Below, in pieces: positions 63,631 to 64,000 of a stretch of 64,000 nucleotides of DNA. Every line of letters begins with the position of its first letter. Position 1 is the stretch's first letter. This DNA is from an uncultured delta proteobacterium. GTDB lineage: Bacteria > Desulfobacterota > Desulfobacteria > Desulfobacterales > QNYZ01. The stretch lies in the NCBI GenBank assembly GCA_963845145.1, contig CAWJQU010000001.1:288001-352000 (forward strand), in the 5' to 3' direction. Under the pieces are notes generated by a model that was not told where the DNA came from, searched no databases, and saw only the letters and a list, made by a program, of their open reading frames with translations. A program made the position numbers and the translations under genes.

Positions 63631-64000
63631 ATGTTGACAATGGCTGGTATTCTGTTGATTGTACCTTTTTTTGCTAGCCGATATGCAATACGTGATTTAG
63701 GTGGCGATAGCTATATCAGCTGGTTTTTTTTGAGTATGATCCCTATGGTGCCTATTGTCTTGGCACTTGAAAAACGTTCTAAACCTCGGGAGTTTGATTC
63801 CGAACAATTGTTGGCAGGCAGATCTCCCCAATCTTATCAATTAGGTGATCTGGAGGTTATATTCAGACCAAAGCCCCATCTGTATTTAAGCTGGAAAATT
63901 TTAAGCTCGATCCTTCTTTTTCCCGCCGCACCCATTTTTTTATGGTTATTTCATAAATTTGAAAAAAAAATGAAATCCCGATGGGTTGCTGTGTTCTCCA
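63631..64000 (+). CDS. Possible membrane protein running off the window end
   Basis: Frame open from ATG 63631 to the end, with hydrophobic segments; no motif recognised. Confidence 0.4.
   Translation, partial: MLTMAGILLIVPFFASRYAIRDLGGDSYISWFFLSMIPMVPIVLALEKRSKPREFDSEQLLAGRSPQSYQLGDLEVIFRPKPHLYLSWKILSSILLFPAAPIFLWLFHKFEKKMKSRWVAVFS

Overview
This is a 64-kb window from a sulfate-reducing deltaproteobacterium, Desulfobacteraceae-like judging by gene content. Many single-base frameshifts hit otherwise intact or core genes (acsA/B/C, rsmA, cydAB, fbaA, cbpA, cphA), which most likely reflects assembly error. (1) 1-~16.5 kb looks like the end of a decaying genomic island beside tRNA-Asn. It carries cyanophycin synthetase, desulfoferrodoxin, 2-oxoacid:ferredoxin oxidoreductase, Usp, GapN, FbaA, CbpA/CbpM, PfkB and pyruvate kinase, two deletion scars and a truncated P4-like integrase. 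(2) 16.5-17.5 kb is the most unusual region. An intact tRNA-Asn(GTT) is preceded by five ~97-bp tandem copies of its 5' half and followed by a small GIY-YIG nuclease gene abutting a pseudo-tRNA. In every defective copy, a 10-nt piece of tRNA has been swapped for the 15-nt hairpin TCCGCC-NNN-GGCGGA (7 copies). (3) Core genes follow: aspS-hisS, a PreP-type M16 peptidase, rsmA, an atypical GAPDH with a giant PPDK-like protein lacking the pyruvate-binding domain, and chrA. (4) A cluster of hypothetical/secreted proteins. (5) The Wood-Ljungdahl cluster acsD-acsA-acsB-acsC-acsE with the RACo activator and a CoA-transferase/GNAT fusion. (6) A TRAP transporter, ABC-F, Rrf2-DUF4492-cydAB plus an unannotated 30-aa membrane peptide. 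(7) A membrane histidine kinase and sigma54 activator with a visible candidate enhancer and -24/-12 promoter upstream of an outer-membrane protein. All calls rest on motif recognition by eye; no database searches were run.
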